NCBI GenBank assembly: GCA_002269645.1 | Contig: NIVC01000906.1 | Coordinates: 350,639 to 414,638, forward strand | From: Macrostomum lignano | Lineage: Eukaryota | Length of the DNA stretch: 64,000 bases | Direction: 5' to 3' | Part shown: in pieces, positions 49,642-58,266 of the stretch | Position numbering within the stretch: the first letter of the stretch is position 1 | Layout: every line of letters begins with the position of its first letter | Position numbers and translations under genes: made by a program | Notes under the pieces: model-generated | Database searches by the model: none | Seen by the model: the letters and a program-made list of their open reading frames with translations, nothing else | Told to the model about the DNA's origin: nothing

Positions 49642-50418
49642 ATGGACATCTGTGAAGGCTATAAGGCACAAGTCCAGGAGTTTGAAGGACAAAAATTTAT
49701 CGCTATTCGCAAATTTTACCGACACGGCAGCACGGCAAGTCTGAAGCCAGGCGTCCCAGGATTCAACCTGAATGTTCACCAATGGAAGAAATTGAAGGAG
49801 GTGAAACGCTCACTTGTGATTTCTGCACGCAACAACGAGCCCAAGGTCGTGAAACTCGGCTTCGATAAGTTTGTGGAAGTCAAAGGCGGCATCATTTGGC
49901 TCAAACGGCTGCCGGAAGATTGCTGCGAGGAGTTTTTGAGACGAAACGCCGTACCACTGACTCCGCCGCTGTGGCAGAAGCTCTGGAAAATCGCCTCCTG
50001 GATCGACGGTCAGCTGGTGGCTCCCTTGAGGAACACAATGCAGTACGAGCTGGAGTCTGATGAGGAAGAGGAGGAAGAGGACAAGAAGCTCAAGTTGGAG
50101 GCTGACCAGGACACGAAGCCCATAATGGAGACTGATGAGGGCGGAGATCATGCTGATGACGAGGACGTTAGCTCGCCCACAAGGCCGCGCATTGTGACTG
50201 AGCCAATCACATCCACACCGATACCTTCGGTTGATTCTGATGCTGGACTGCTTCCGCAGCGGGACACCAACCTTGAGGAAGATCCGGTGTGGTATCAGTT
50301 CAGGGCGCATGCAGCGGCTTCGACGGTGAGCAGCAGCAGCAGGAAGCGAAAGCTGCCATTTCAACTTCGTCGGCAGGACGCGATGAGGCTGCAGCCCAAT
50401 GTTCGCTTTGATAACTGA
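49642..50418 (+). CDS. PC4/Sub1-like ssDNA-binding coactivator with two tandem PC4-like repeats and an acidic tail
   Basis: EFEGQKFIAIRKFY...KPGVPGFNLNVHQWKKLKE matches the PC4 signature; a second repeat reads LGFDKFVEV...LTPPLWQKL. Confidence 0.8.
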   Translation: MDICEGYKAQVQEFEGQKFIAIRKFYRHGSTASLKPGVPGFNLNVHQWKKLKEVKRSLVISARNNEPKVVKLGFDKFVEVKGGIIWLKRLPEDCCEEFLRRNAVPLTPPLWQKLWKIASWIDGQLVAPLRNTMQYELESDEEEEEEDKKLKLEADQDTKPIMETDEGGDHADDEDVSSPTRPRIVTEPITSTPIPSVDSDAGLLPQRDTNLEEDPVWYQFRAHAAASTVSSSSRKRKLPFQLRRQDAMRLQPNVRFDN

Positions 50419-50738
50419 ACAGCTAGAATGCTTTGAATGCATTGGACTAACTAAATTACTTTTAGCTTGCACATGATTATCCAGCCTGACGGCACTATGC
50501 TGTTTTTTATCTCTGCTATTTCTGAAATGCTGGTGTGCGAGTGTTTTAGTGTTCGTTTTTATGGATTGTTTGCTTTCGGAAAATACACCGACTGTTACGA
50601 TGTTAGAGGTTTCAATCTGACAGTAATAAATTAATTTGCCACTCGTTTCTCTATCATTTAATTGGAATATAAATTTCTACTTAAGAAAAAATACTGTACA
50701 GCTAGAGCAGGTGGATAGGCACGTATCTTGATAAACCC

Positions 50739-51809
50739 ATGATGGAGAAAATTTATTTGAAACCTGAGCAACCGGCTAGTTTTTCTTGTGCCTCAAAGTT
50801 GCTGCATGAAGTGAGGCAAAGAGGTGATCGAATATCTGCAAAGAGCATTGAGCAGTGGCTCAGCGAGCAGCCAGTGCACACTCTGCACAAGCCAGCTAGG
50901 AGGCGATATCCAAGGGCCCCAATCATAGTGCGCGCAATCGATGATCAGTGGGAACTTGACTTAGTGGAAATGATTCCATTCGCAAAGCATAATAAAGGCT
51001 ACAAATATATTCTCACATGCATTGACGTGCTCTCAAAATGTGCTTGGGCCAAGGCACTGAAAAATAAATCTGCTGCAGAAGTGAAGTCAGCATTCGAGAG
51101 CATACTGAGAAGTTCAAAGCGCCAGCCACGCACAGTTCGCACAGATCAGGGGAAGGAATTTATCAACTCCACTTTCCGTCAATACTGCATTGACAGAGGG
51201 ATTCTGGCTTTCCCAACTAACAGCGAGCAGAAGGCAGCTGTCATTGAGCGATGGAATCGAACTCTGAAAAGTAGAATGTGGCGCTACTTCACCTACAAGA
51301 GCACACTGCACTGGCTTGATGTGCTGCCTAAGCTGGTAAAATCCTACAACAATACCTACCACAGAAGCATCAAAATGGCACCCACTAGTGTCTGCAAAGA
51401 GAATGAATCTGAAGTGTGGATGAACCTGTACGATGGAAAAGCAGTCGAGACTCTAGAAAAATTAAAGAAGCCTAAGTTCGCTGAAAACCAGTCAGTGAGA
51501 ATTTCCAATGCTCCACGGATATTCAAAAAGGGATACAAAGCGAGCTGGAGTGAGGAAGTGTACACCGTGGTGAGCAGAGCCCCAAAACATTATCCCTACA
51601 TGTACAAGATTAAAGACATGCGGGGGCAAGAGATTCGAGGACTCTTCCATGAGCACGAGCTGCAGGCTGTCCCGGACTCACAGCGGCTGTATGTGATTGA
51701 GAAGATCCTGAAAACGGAGAAGCGGAAGGGAAAAATTCGCTATCTGGTGAAATGGGCGGGCTACGACTCGACTGGCTGGGTGGATGAAAAAGACTTAAGA
51801 AAGGTTTAG
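50739..51809 (+). CDS. int: Retroviral-like (rve) integrase with C-terminal chromodomain
   Basis: QWELDL, IDVLSK, TDQGKEF, IERWNRTLK, YNNTYHRSIKMAP; chromodomain YVIEKIL...YLVKWAGY. Confidence 0.97.
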   Translation: MMEKIYLKPEQPASFSCASKLLHEVRQRGDRISAKSIEQWLSEQPVHTLHKPARRRYPRAPIIVRAIDDQWELDLVEMIPFAKHNKGYKYILTCIDVLSKCAWAKALKNKSAAEVKSAFESILRSSKRQPRTVRTDQGKEFINSTFRQYCIDRGILAFPTNSEQKAAVIERWNRTLKSRMWRYFTYKSTLHWLDVLPKLVKSYNNTYHRSIKMAPTSVCKENESEVWMNLYDGKAVETLEKLKKPKFAENQSVRISNAPRIFKKGYKASWSEEVYTVVSRAPKHYPYMYKIKDMRGQEIRGLFHEHELQAVPDSQRLYVIEKILKTEKRKGKIRYLVKWAGYDSTGWVDEKDLRKV

Positions 51810-51837
51810 CTTTGGCACAGCCCTCATCATGTAGTTT

Positions 51838-52656
51838 ATGATTATAATGCGAACTATTTTGATTAACAGTGAGCATGCTGAAGGTACTCCTAGTGACTTT
51901 AATTTTTACCTGCCTTCACCTATTTACTTGGATCGAAATGTGGACTATGAGGCAGGTCTGGCTGAAATCCATCTGCCTGCTGCATGGTTCAATGTTGACG
52001 AGCCTTACTGCTTCACTGTCTCAGATGGAAGAGAGCATGAGGCCCTGGTTCTTCAACCCGGACGCTTTGCTAGAGTGGAGGAGCTGGTGGAGCGCCTGAA
52101 TGAGCTGCTGGCCAACTCTGATTCGCTGTTCTTTGATGCAATGAGTGACAGGGAGTCTGAGATGGAGGCTGATGAGTCCGGCCTGATGGGGCGTAGTGGC
52201 AACAGGGAATTTGGTATGAAGTTCGAAATCCGCAACTCACGAACTGTGGTGCACAACAACACTGCGAGAGCAGAGCTGTTTCTTCCATCTAGTAAAATTC
52301 TGCATTGGCTGGGATTTGGAAACCAGGCTGTGAAAATCCAGCCAGGGAGCCGCGTATCCGAGCATTGCATTGGCTGCCCGCGCACCAGCTTAATCAATGT
52401 GCACTGCAGTATCGTTGAGTCAACTAATTGCAACTGGAGCTCCTTGTTGAGAACAGTTGGAATGAAAGCTGGCATTGAATGGGGCAACTATCAAACAAAA
52501 ATATTTAAGAAAACAATATTCTTCCCGATTCAACGAATCAGTCTTCTTCACAGCATTCGAGTTCAGCTGCGGGACATCTATGGTTGCCCACTGATTGCAC
52601 AGACTCACAGCCCTGTTCTGCTTACAGTTCAAATTCAGGAGAAACGCATTCAATGA
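51838..52656 (+). CDS. Minor capsid protein (penton, single jelly-roll), putative
   Basis: TPSDFNFYLPSPIYL..YEAGLAEIHLPAAWFNV N-terminus, and C-terminal VHCSIVES..LLRTV..IRVQLRD pattern typical of Polinton pentons. Confidence 0.75.
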   Translation: MIIMRTILINSEHAEGTPSDFNFYLPSPIYLDRNVDYEAGLAEIHLPAAWFNVDEPYCFTVSDGREHEALVLQPGRFARVEELVERLNELLANSDSLFFDAMSDRESEMEADESGLMGRSGNREFGMKFEIRNSRTVVHNNTARAELFLPSSKILHWLGFGNQAVKIQPGSRVSEHCIGCPRTSLINVHCSIVESTNCNWSSLLRTVGMKAGIEWGNYQTKIFKKTIFFPIQRISLLHSIRVQLRDIYGCPLIAQTHSPVLLTVQIQEKRIQ

Positions 52657-53030
52657 ACTACCAGCAGCTAATCCAGCAATATTCGGGGGTGAGGACAGGA
52701 CACGAAAAGCCTGCACTCTATGGCTGTGGGAGCTTCCCAGGGATCATGACATACCAGCCTCCGCCAGCGGCTATATCATCATCATCAGCCTCGACGCTTA
52801 GCAACGTCAGGCGCAAAAGAAATACTGAAGCAAGTCCGAAACGATTGAAGAAAAAGAAGGGCACCCGAAAGGCAACTGGTGGAAATCGCAGTAAGAGGTC
52901 GAGCAAGGCTAGTGGGAAAAAGCTTAAGAATAGGAAGACGAAAGCAAAGAAGAATAGAGCAGGCGGAGGAAAGCGAAAGCAAAAAGTCAGCAAGAAAACT
53001 GTGAAACGCGTGCTCGACTCTCTGTCATAG
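52653..53030 (+). CDS. Small basic Lys/Arg-rich putative virion core protein
   Basis: YGCGSF motif and a very basic C-terminus. The ATG overlaps the penton TGA, and the stop lies 2 nt before the capsid ATG. Confidence 0.6.
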   Translation: MNYQQLIQQYSGVRTGHEKPALYGCGSFPGIMTYQPPPAAISSSSASTLSNVRRKRNTEASPKRLKKKKGTRKATGGNRSKRSSKASGKKLKNRKTKAKKNRAGGGKRKQKVSKKTVKRVLDSLS

Positions 53031-53032
53031 AC

Positions 53033-54316
53033 ATGGCTTACGGATTCAATCCCAGACTTGATTTATTTAAGACGCCCGTTCTACAAACCTGCATTGAAAA
53101 AGCTACTTATGTTGATATTCACCCAGTTAATTCCATTGTTGCAAACTCTCCCATTGAATTTGACTGCCACCAATCTGCCGATGAATATACAGATCTGCTT
53201 AATTCTTTTCTTTATATTCGCTGCCGCCTTGTGAGACTGGATGGGGGTTTGCTGAGGGAGGATGTTCGAGATGGAGATGGCATCATCACCGAGCGCAGAG
53301 ACAGTGACGTGCACCCAGAAAATTTTGTTCTGTCTACAGCCTTCTCAGATGTAATTGTGAGCATTAACCAGCGAGTGGTGTCTGGTGGAGACCAGCTCTA
53401 TCCCTACCATGCGTACTTCAAAGCACTAATGAGCTCATCCGATGCCCAGCAACTAAAACTTTACCCTGCTGGCTTCCTGGAGCCGAACTCGGCAGCTGAA
53501 GAGCACACGGAGAGCCACAGGGAATCCCAATGGATGGAGTATGCGGGGCCGCTCTTCAGCGATGTTTTCCAGTGCCCAGTGTTTCTGCTAAGCAATCTGC
53601 ACCTGCACATCAAACTGGTCCCCAGCGATGGGGCCTTTGCCATCAGAACCCCGAATGCAAACAACGCGGCATACCGAATGGAAATCTCTCACAGCATTCT
53701 GCATCTTCGCCGAGTCAAAGTGATGCCCCACATCAGCCTGGCCCATGAGCAGGGGCTGACAAACCAAAATGCACTGTATCCCATCGAGCGAACTGAAATG
53801 CAGAACTTCATCCTACCCCAGGGTATTCAGTCAAAAAACATTGAAGGATTCACTCATGGAAAATTGCCGAAGTTCATCATGCTGGCCTTCGTGAGCCACC
53901 GAGCATTCAACGGTCATCATCACGCGAGCCCGTTACAGTTCCAGAGCTTCAACCTTAGCCGATTGGCTCTAAAGAAAGGTGGGGAAACCGTGTGCCACGG
54001 CGCCTTCACACCTGAAAACAATTCCTTCGTAAGAGAATACTTGCACTACCTGAAAAGCTGTCAATCTGCAAGCCACACAAACTCGGTCCCGTGGATCCCC
54101 TACCAGCTCTTCTCCAACAACACCACGGTGTTTGCATTCGATCTCACACCCGAGGGAGCGGCTCTGTGGTACGGACAGAAGGAGGGCAACCTGCGGCTGG
54201 AGATTCGCTTCCAACAGGCTCTGAATGAAGCGGTGTCCCTGATTGCTATGTGCCTGTATGACTCGCTGATTGAGGTCACCAAGCACCGAGAGCTTTTGCT
54301 GGACTATTCCTCTTAA
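53033..54316 (+). CDS. Major capsid protein (double jelly-roll, hexon-like)
   Basis: LFKTPVLQTCIE..YVDIHP..SPIEF..EYTDL; GKLPKFIMLAFV..AFNG..PLQFQSFNL; FAFDLTP..GNLRLEIRF; 427 aa, intact. Confidence 0.92.
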   Translation: MAYGFNPRLDLFKTPVLQTCIEKATYVDIHPVNSIVANSPIEFDCHQSADEYTDLLNSFLYIRCRLVRLDGGLLREDVRDGDGIITERRDSDVHPENFVLSTAFSDVIVSINQRVVSGGDQLYPYHAYFKALMSSSDAQQLKLYPAGFLEPNSAAEEHTESHRESQWMEYAGPLFSDVFQCPVFLLSNLHLHIKLVPSDGAFAIRTPNANNAAYRMEISHSILHLRRVKVMPHISLAHEQGLTNQNALYPIERTEMQNFILPQGIQSKNIEGFTHGKLPKFIMLAFVSHRAFNGHHHASPLQFQSFNLSRLALKKGGETVCHGAFTPENNSFVREYLHYLKSCQSASHTNSVPWIPYQLFSNNTTVFAFDLTPEGAALWYGQKEGNLRLEIRFQQALNEAVSLIAMCLYDSLIEVTKHRELLLDYSS

Positions 54317-54321
54317 TTGAC

Positions 54322-54834
54322 ATGGATGCAATTCAACTACTTAATCTCGCCAGAAAATTTTTGCCTTACCAAAAATTTCTCATAGTTACTTTACATTTGC
54401 GCTATAAAAATTCTCTGCCCTTGAATGTAAAAAGAAAATTTAGATCATCAATTTCCTTTGAAAACAAGTTTGTTTTTGTCCTACTTCAGCACAATGGCTC
54501 ATTTGGTCACTGGGTGGTGTGCTATGTTGGGCAAGGAAATCGCATTGAGTTGTTCAACTCCCTCGGCTGGGAACCTGAAATTTTATCTTTGGTTTATAAT
54601 TTGTTTCGAGAGATTAAAACAACTGGCTTTTGGCTCCGAAGCAATATAAACAGAGTTCAATGTGCTAACTCTAATAAATGCGGAATGTTTTGCATCTATT
54701 TTGCTTATCAAAAGTTTCTGTTCAATCGGTCATTTGAGGGGATTTTGAAGCATTTGCATGCTAATGAGAAAAATCATTTGAATGATAGAATCTTACAGAG
54801 GTTTGAAGCCAACTTAAGAAAAAGATGTCCGTGA
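54322..54834 (+). CDS. Adenain-like cysteine protease
   Basis: GHWV, ELFNSLG and VQCANSNKCGMFCIYF (Q and catalytic C). Confidence 0.85.
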   Translation: MDAIQLLNLARKFLPYQKFLIVTLHLRYKNSLPLNVKRKFRSSISFENKFVFVLLQHNGSFGHWVVCYVGQGNRIELFNSLGWEPEILSLVYNLFREIKTTGFWLRSNINRVQCANSNKCGMFCIYFAYQKFLFNRSFEGILKHLHANEKNHLNDRILQRFEANLRKRCP

Positions 54835-55504
54835 TTTCTAATATTTATGCATTAAACATGGGAGAAAAGCAAGTTTGCTACGATATCCGCCTCAGGCAGG
54901 GAAGCTGCATGATTGTCTGCGGGCCCACCAATGCAGGAAAAACAACCTTTGTCGAACACCTGATCCAGTACAGAGACGTCATGTTTGATGTGAAGCCTGG
55001 CAGAGTTCTGTGGTACTATGGGATCTCACAGGCAGGCCATGCAGAACTGAACAGCCTAGGTGTGCAGCTGCGCCAGGGATTTCCCACCAACATCGAGGCA
55101 GCACTTAGGCCCAATGACCTGGTTGTTTTCGATGACTTAATAGAGGAAACTTCAAACTCTGCTTCAATGCGAAATTTTTTCACAGGAATCGCACATCACT
55201 TGCCGTGCTTTTTGGTGATGCTGACTCAGAATATATTTTTCAAGGGAAAAGAGTCGCGAACAATGAGCTTGAATGTAATGTACTTAGCTATCTTGAAAAA
55301 CCCCGAGACCAGCTGCAGATTGCAGCACTGGGCAGGCAGTGCTTTACAGAGAAGCCCGGCTTTCTGCTGTCAGTGTTCAAGCACGTGACCGCGCAGGGCA
55401 GGGGAGCCTACCTGTTCCTAGACTTTCACCCATCAACTCCCGATGAGCTGCGAGTGCGGGCCAGAATTCTGCCCAACCAGCGACCCCATCTTGTATTTGC
55501 TTAA
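54825..55504 (+). CDS. A32/FtsK-like packaging ATPase, split by a 1-nt frameshift at about 55301-55304
   Basis: Walker A GPTNAGKT, Walker B LVVFDD, HH..LTQNIF. After LKNP the homologous RDQLQIAALGRQ continues in the -1 frame. Confidence 0.9.
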
Positions 55505-55545
55505 GAAAGTGAAGCTTGTTTTTATCAGCTATTGTTTTCATCGCA

Positions 55546-55884
55546 ATGGAAGTGCTTGATTCATATGCAAGTCTTTTTGCGGTTCTTGCGTCACCTAAAT
55601 ATACCGTGCGCTTCAAGCGGCTGTTGATAAAAAATTGTCCAAAAGAAGTGCGTTATTTTCTTGTCGAGGCCTGCCATAATCTCTTACAAAACAATCTATC
55701 GTTTTCGCTCGATGAAAAAGCTGTTCTTGCAAAGTCAAAAGAGATAATTCGAAAAATTACTCACAAAAGAAGAAAGACAGACTTGTTGAAGGCTGGCTTC
55801 ATCAAAATACTCCCGATTCTGCTTAAGCTGGTAAAGAAGAAGAAGCAAAATGAACAAATTTTCAGAAATGGTTCTGATTCCTAA
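55546..55884 (+). CDS. Small basic conserved Maverick protein
   Basis: LVEACHNLLQNN...KIT..KRRK..LLKAGFIKILP resembles the ECALN.L.GN / GGF.LP small protein of Mavericks. Confidence 0.6.
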   Translation: MEVLDSYASLFAVLASPKYTVRFKRLLIKNCPKEVRYFLVEACHNLLQNNLSFSLDEKAVLAKSKEIIRKITHKRRKTDLLKAGFIKILPILLKLVKKKKQNEQIFRNGSDS

Positions 55885-56542
55885 AGCAGAGTATGAGATG
55901 TTGATGCAGAATTTGAAGCCAAATGAGACTACCACTGAAGCTGACTTGAAGCAGGCTCAGAAGAAATGCGATGACATCTTGTATGCCGAGGATTGTCCAG
56001 AAGATGTGAAAACCGCCATGTACCAAAGTGCAATGCAAAGTTTGCTGGCCAAGCGCAAGCACGCTGGAAAAGAAGGAGCACGCAATACTGAAGCCAAGTT
56101 GATGAAAACAGAGACACCCCAGATAAGCACCTGGGAAGAGAAGATCAGCAAGTCGGTGCCACAGAAATTCAAAACCAGGGCTCGCAGTCTGTGGACGATC
56201 CTGTCCACCAATCCAGAGCTGATTCGAGTTTGTGAAAACGGGGAGGTGGAAATCGCAGGCACGTCAATCCCTTCCTCAAACATACTGGACTTGATTCAGC
56301 ACACAGTGAGGGATTCGCCATGTGAGCGTGAACCAGTTGGGTGGAACGAGTTCATCGATTTTCTGCAGCAGAAAAAGCTTAATGTTCCGCTTTCCGCTGT
56401 TGGTAAATCAGTTAAGAAGAAAATGGCAACCAGCAGAGGGGGTGAACTGGAGAAAGAACAGGAGAGTCTAGTCAAGGGGTACGGGAGCAACACAGCCTGG
56501 CTGAAATTGCCTGCCAGAAAAGTATATAAGAAGGTGGACTGA
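55850..56542 (+). CDS. Conserved uncharacterised Maverick protein
   Basis: KSVP.KFKTRA..L, NGEV..G..IPSSNILDLI, PVGW.EF...NVP pattern seen in Polinton ORFs. Confidence 0.7.
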   Translation: MNKFSEMVLIPKAEYEMLMQNLKPNETTTEADLKQAQKKCDDILYAEDCPEDVKTAMYQSAMQSLLAKRKHAGKEGARNTEAKLMKTETPQISTWEEKISKSVPQKFKTRARSLWTILSTNPELIRVCENGEVEIAGTSIPSSNILDLIQHTVRDSPCEREPVGWNEFIDFLQQKKLNVPLSAVGKSVKKKMATSRGGELEKEQESLVKGYGSNTAWLKLPARKVYKKVD

Positions 56543-56571
56543 CTCCGAAATTTTCGAAGGAAAGCTGCATC

Positions 56572-57423
56572 ATGAACTACATTGACTTCCAAGGATTCCC
56601 GTGCAACAGCACAAGCAAAAAATTTGTTGTGAAGGAGTTGGCAGTTGTTCAAATCAGAGCGGGGAGCTACCACATTGCTCACCATGTGTACGCACCTCCG
56701 TATCCATGGGAGAGAGTCTCACCTGACATGCGAGTTTACTACAGACAGCTATCTAAGAGTCTGCACCAGTTTAAGTGGAATGATGGAACCCGTCCGTACA
56801 TGGAACTGGCGGAAGACATTCTGAGCATTGCCAGTGGTCCGATCTGGTCAAATGGGGAAAGGAAGTCGATTTTTCTGACTGAGCTGCTTGGAAGACAGGT
56901 TTATAACCTAGAAGATTTGGGAGCACCCTCGACTGAAGATTCAGATACTGGCTGTGCAGTGAGAAATTCGTTGCTGCACTACAGTTGGCTTAAGCCAAAG
57001 TTCTGCATCAACTTAAGAAGCGAGCAGTGTCCGTGGCACACGAGCAGTAAAGTTGGCAGAAGCAGATTTGGTGAAGAAGTTGACGATCGAAATGAGCCCA
57101 CCAGCTACAGCCCTAAGAGTGACCAATCTGGTTGGCGGAGTAGATCTGAGACTGGATGGTGGCAGGGGCGCTCAGCTGCCTCTACGGGAACTGGCTCTCA
57201 GCATGGCTCATGTGATCTACCGGCCCGTCTGGCCCCGGGTGCTCATCAAGCGGATGCGGATTCCCAGAGTGACTCTCCTACTCTACCCTACTGGGCAACT
57301 GAGCATCTGCGGTGCCAAGACCCACGCAGACGCCAAAAGGGCTGCCCGTCGCTTCGTGGCTATGCTGCATCGGAGAGTGCCGGCTCAACTGCTGCCTCAT
57401 CAAACAATTTGTGTTCGAATTAA
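56572..57423 (+). CDS. DEDD-like exonuclease-fold Maverick protein; C-terminal ~110 aa overlap the next ORF and may be non-functional
   Basis: IDFQGF..FVVKELA..PPYPW..HQFKWNDG.RPY..NGERK..VYNLEDLG..CAVRN. Confidence 0.6.
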   Translation: MNYIDFQGFPCNSTSKKFVVKELAVVQIRAGSYHIAHHVYAPPYPWERVSPDMRVYYRQLSKSLHQFKWNDGTRPYMELAEDILSIASGPIWSNGERKSIFLTELLGRQVYNLEDLGAPSTEDSDTGCAVRNSLLHYSWLKPKFCINLRSEQCPWHTSSKVGRSRFGEEVDDRNEPTSYSPKSDQSGWRSRSETGWWQGRSAASTGTGSQHGSCDLPARLAPGAHQADADSQSDSPTLPYWATEHLRCQDPRRRQKGCPSLRGYAASESAGSTAASSNNLCSN

Positions 57424-57664
57424 AACTATTACTGCTCATGGACAGCTCCCAGTTCATTCCGCACTTTCCTTATTAATGTTAAAATCAATTATCCCAAACG
57501 CCGAATATGAACCAGAATCCTTTTCTGCTTTAATTTTCAATTTAAACTTTTGTAAATGTCTGCTTTTTCACAGCGGCTCTTTTGTTCTCAGTGGAGCTCG
57601 GTCCTTGAATCAGTTGCATACCGATAGCATGCGTCTACTCAATGTAGTTCTTTCCATTGAATAA
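57092..57664 (+). CDS. Divergent TATA-binding protein (TBP)-like core, 190 aa
   Basis: Two TBP repeats: VTNLVGGVDL..LPLRELAL..VIYRPVWPRVLIKRMRIPRVTLLLYPTGQLSICGAKTHADAKRAARRF and AEYEPESFSALIF..CLLFHSGSFVLSGARS. AATAAA x2 at the stop. Confidence 0.85.
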   Translation: MSPPATALRVTNLVGGVDLRLDGGRGAQLPLRELALSMAHVIYRPVWPRVLIKRMRIPRVTLLLYPTGQLSICGAKTHADAKRAARRFVAMLHRRVPAQLLPHQTICVRIKTITAHGQLPVHSALSLLMLKSIIPNAEYEPESFSALIFNLNFCKCLLFHSGSFVLSGARSLNQLHTDSMRLLNVVLSIE

Positions 57665-58266
57665 AAATAAAGTCAAGTCAAGCAATTTGCCGCAAATATT
57701 TCAATGATTAGTGAAAAGTGAATAAAAGGATAAACTTGGTATTCTTTACATTCATTTTCCCAGGCAGACAGCTATGGAACACTTCAAAAACGTATTTAGC
57801 CCATCACCAAAAGTATCGCAAAACGCATATCAAATCCGAAAGTAAACAATACTACCATCGTTATAACAAACGATGTGCACCGAGAGAAGAGAAATAGAAA
57901 AGTGATAGAGAAAATATGATTAAAACGCTGATTGAATTTACAGGAACAATTTGTGTCAGATAAAAACCAAAAACACATTTTAAACAAGTAGTACACAAAG
58001 CAAACAAAAATGAATTAATATTGTATGAGCGCACTTGCCACACAGCTTTATAAAAAGTAAAACTTAAATTGATATCAATATTTCACGCCGCAAAAACAAA
58101 TTGACAGCTAAATCTAGCGCAATTAGCCAAGCATACAAATTTGTAAAAGTTACTACATGCAAGTCACTACATTTAAAACAGAATTTGGCAATTTAAACAA
58201 CTCTAAAAGCAAGAAAAAGTACTAAACAGTCTGTTAAACACCCGCACTAGACCAGTCGGATGCGCT

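Noticed and set aside
57770-58050. Small ORFs between the TBP-like gene and polB
   Set aside because: Short, AT-rich and frame-inconsistent; more likely the convergent 3' UTR/terminator region.
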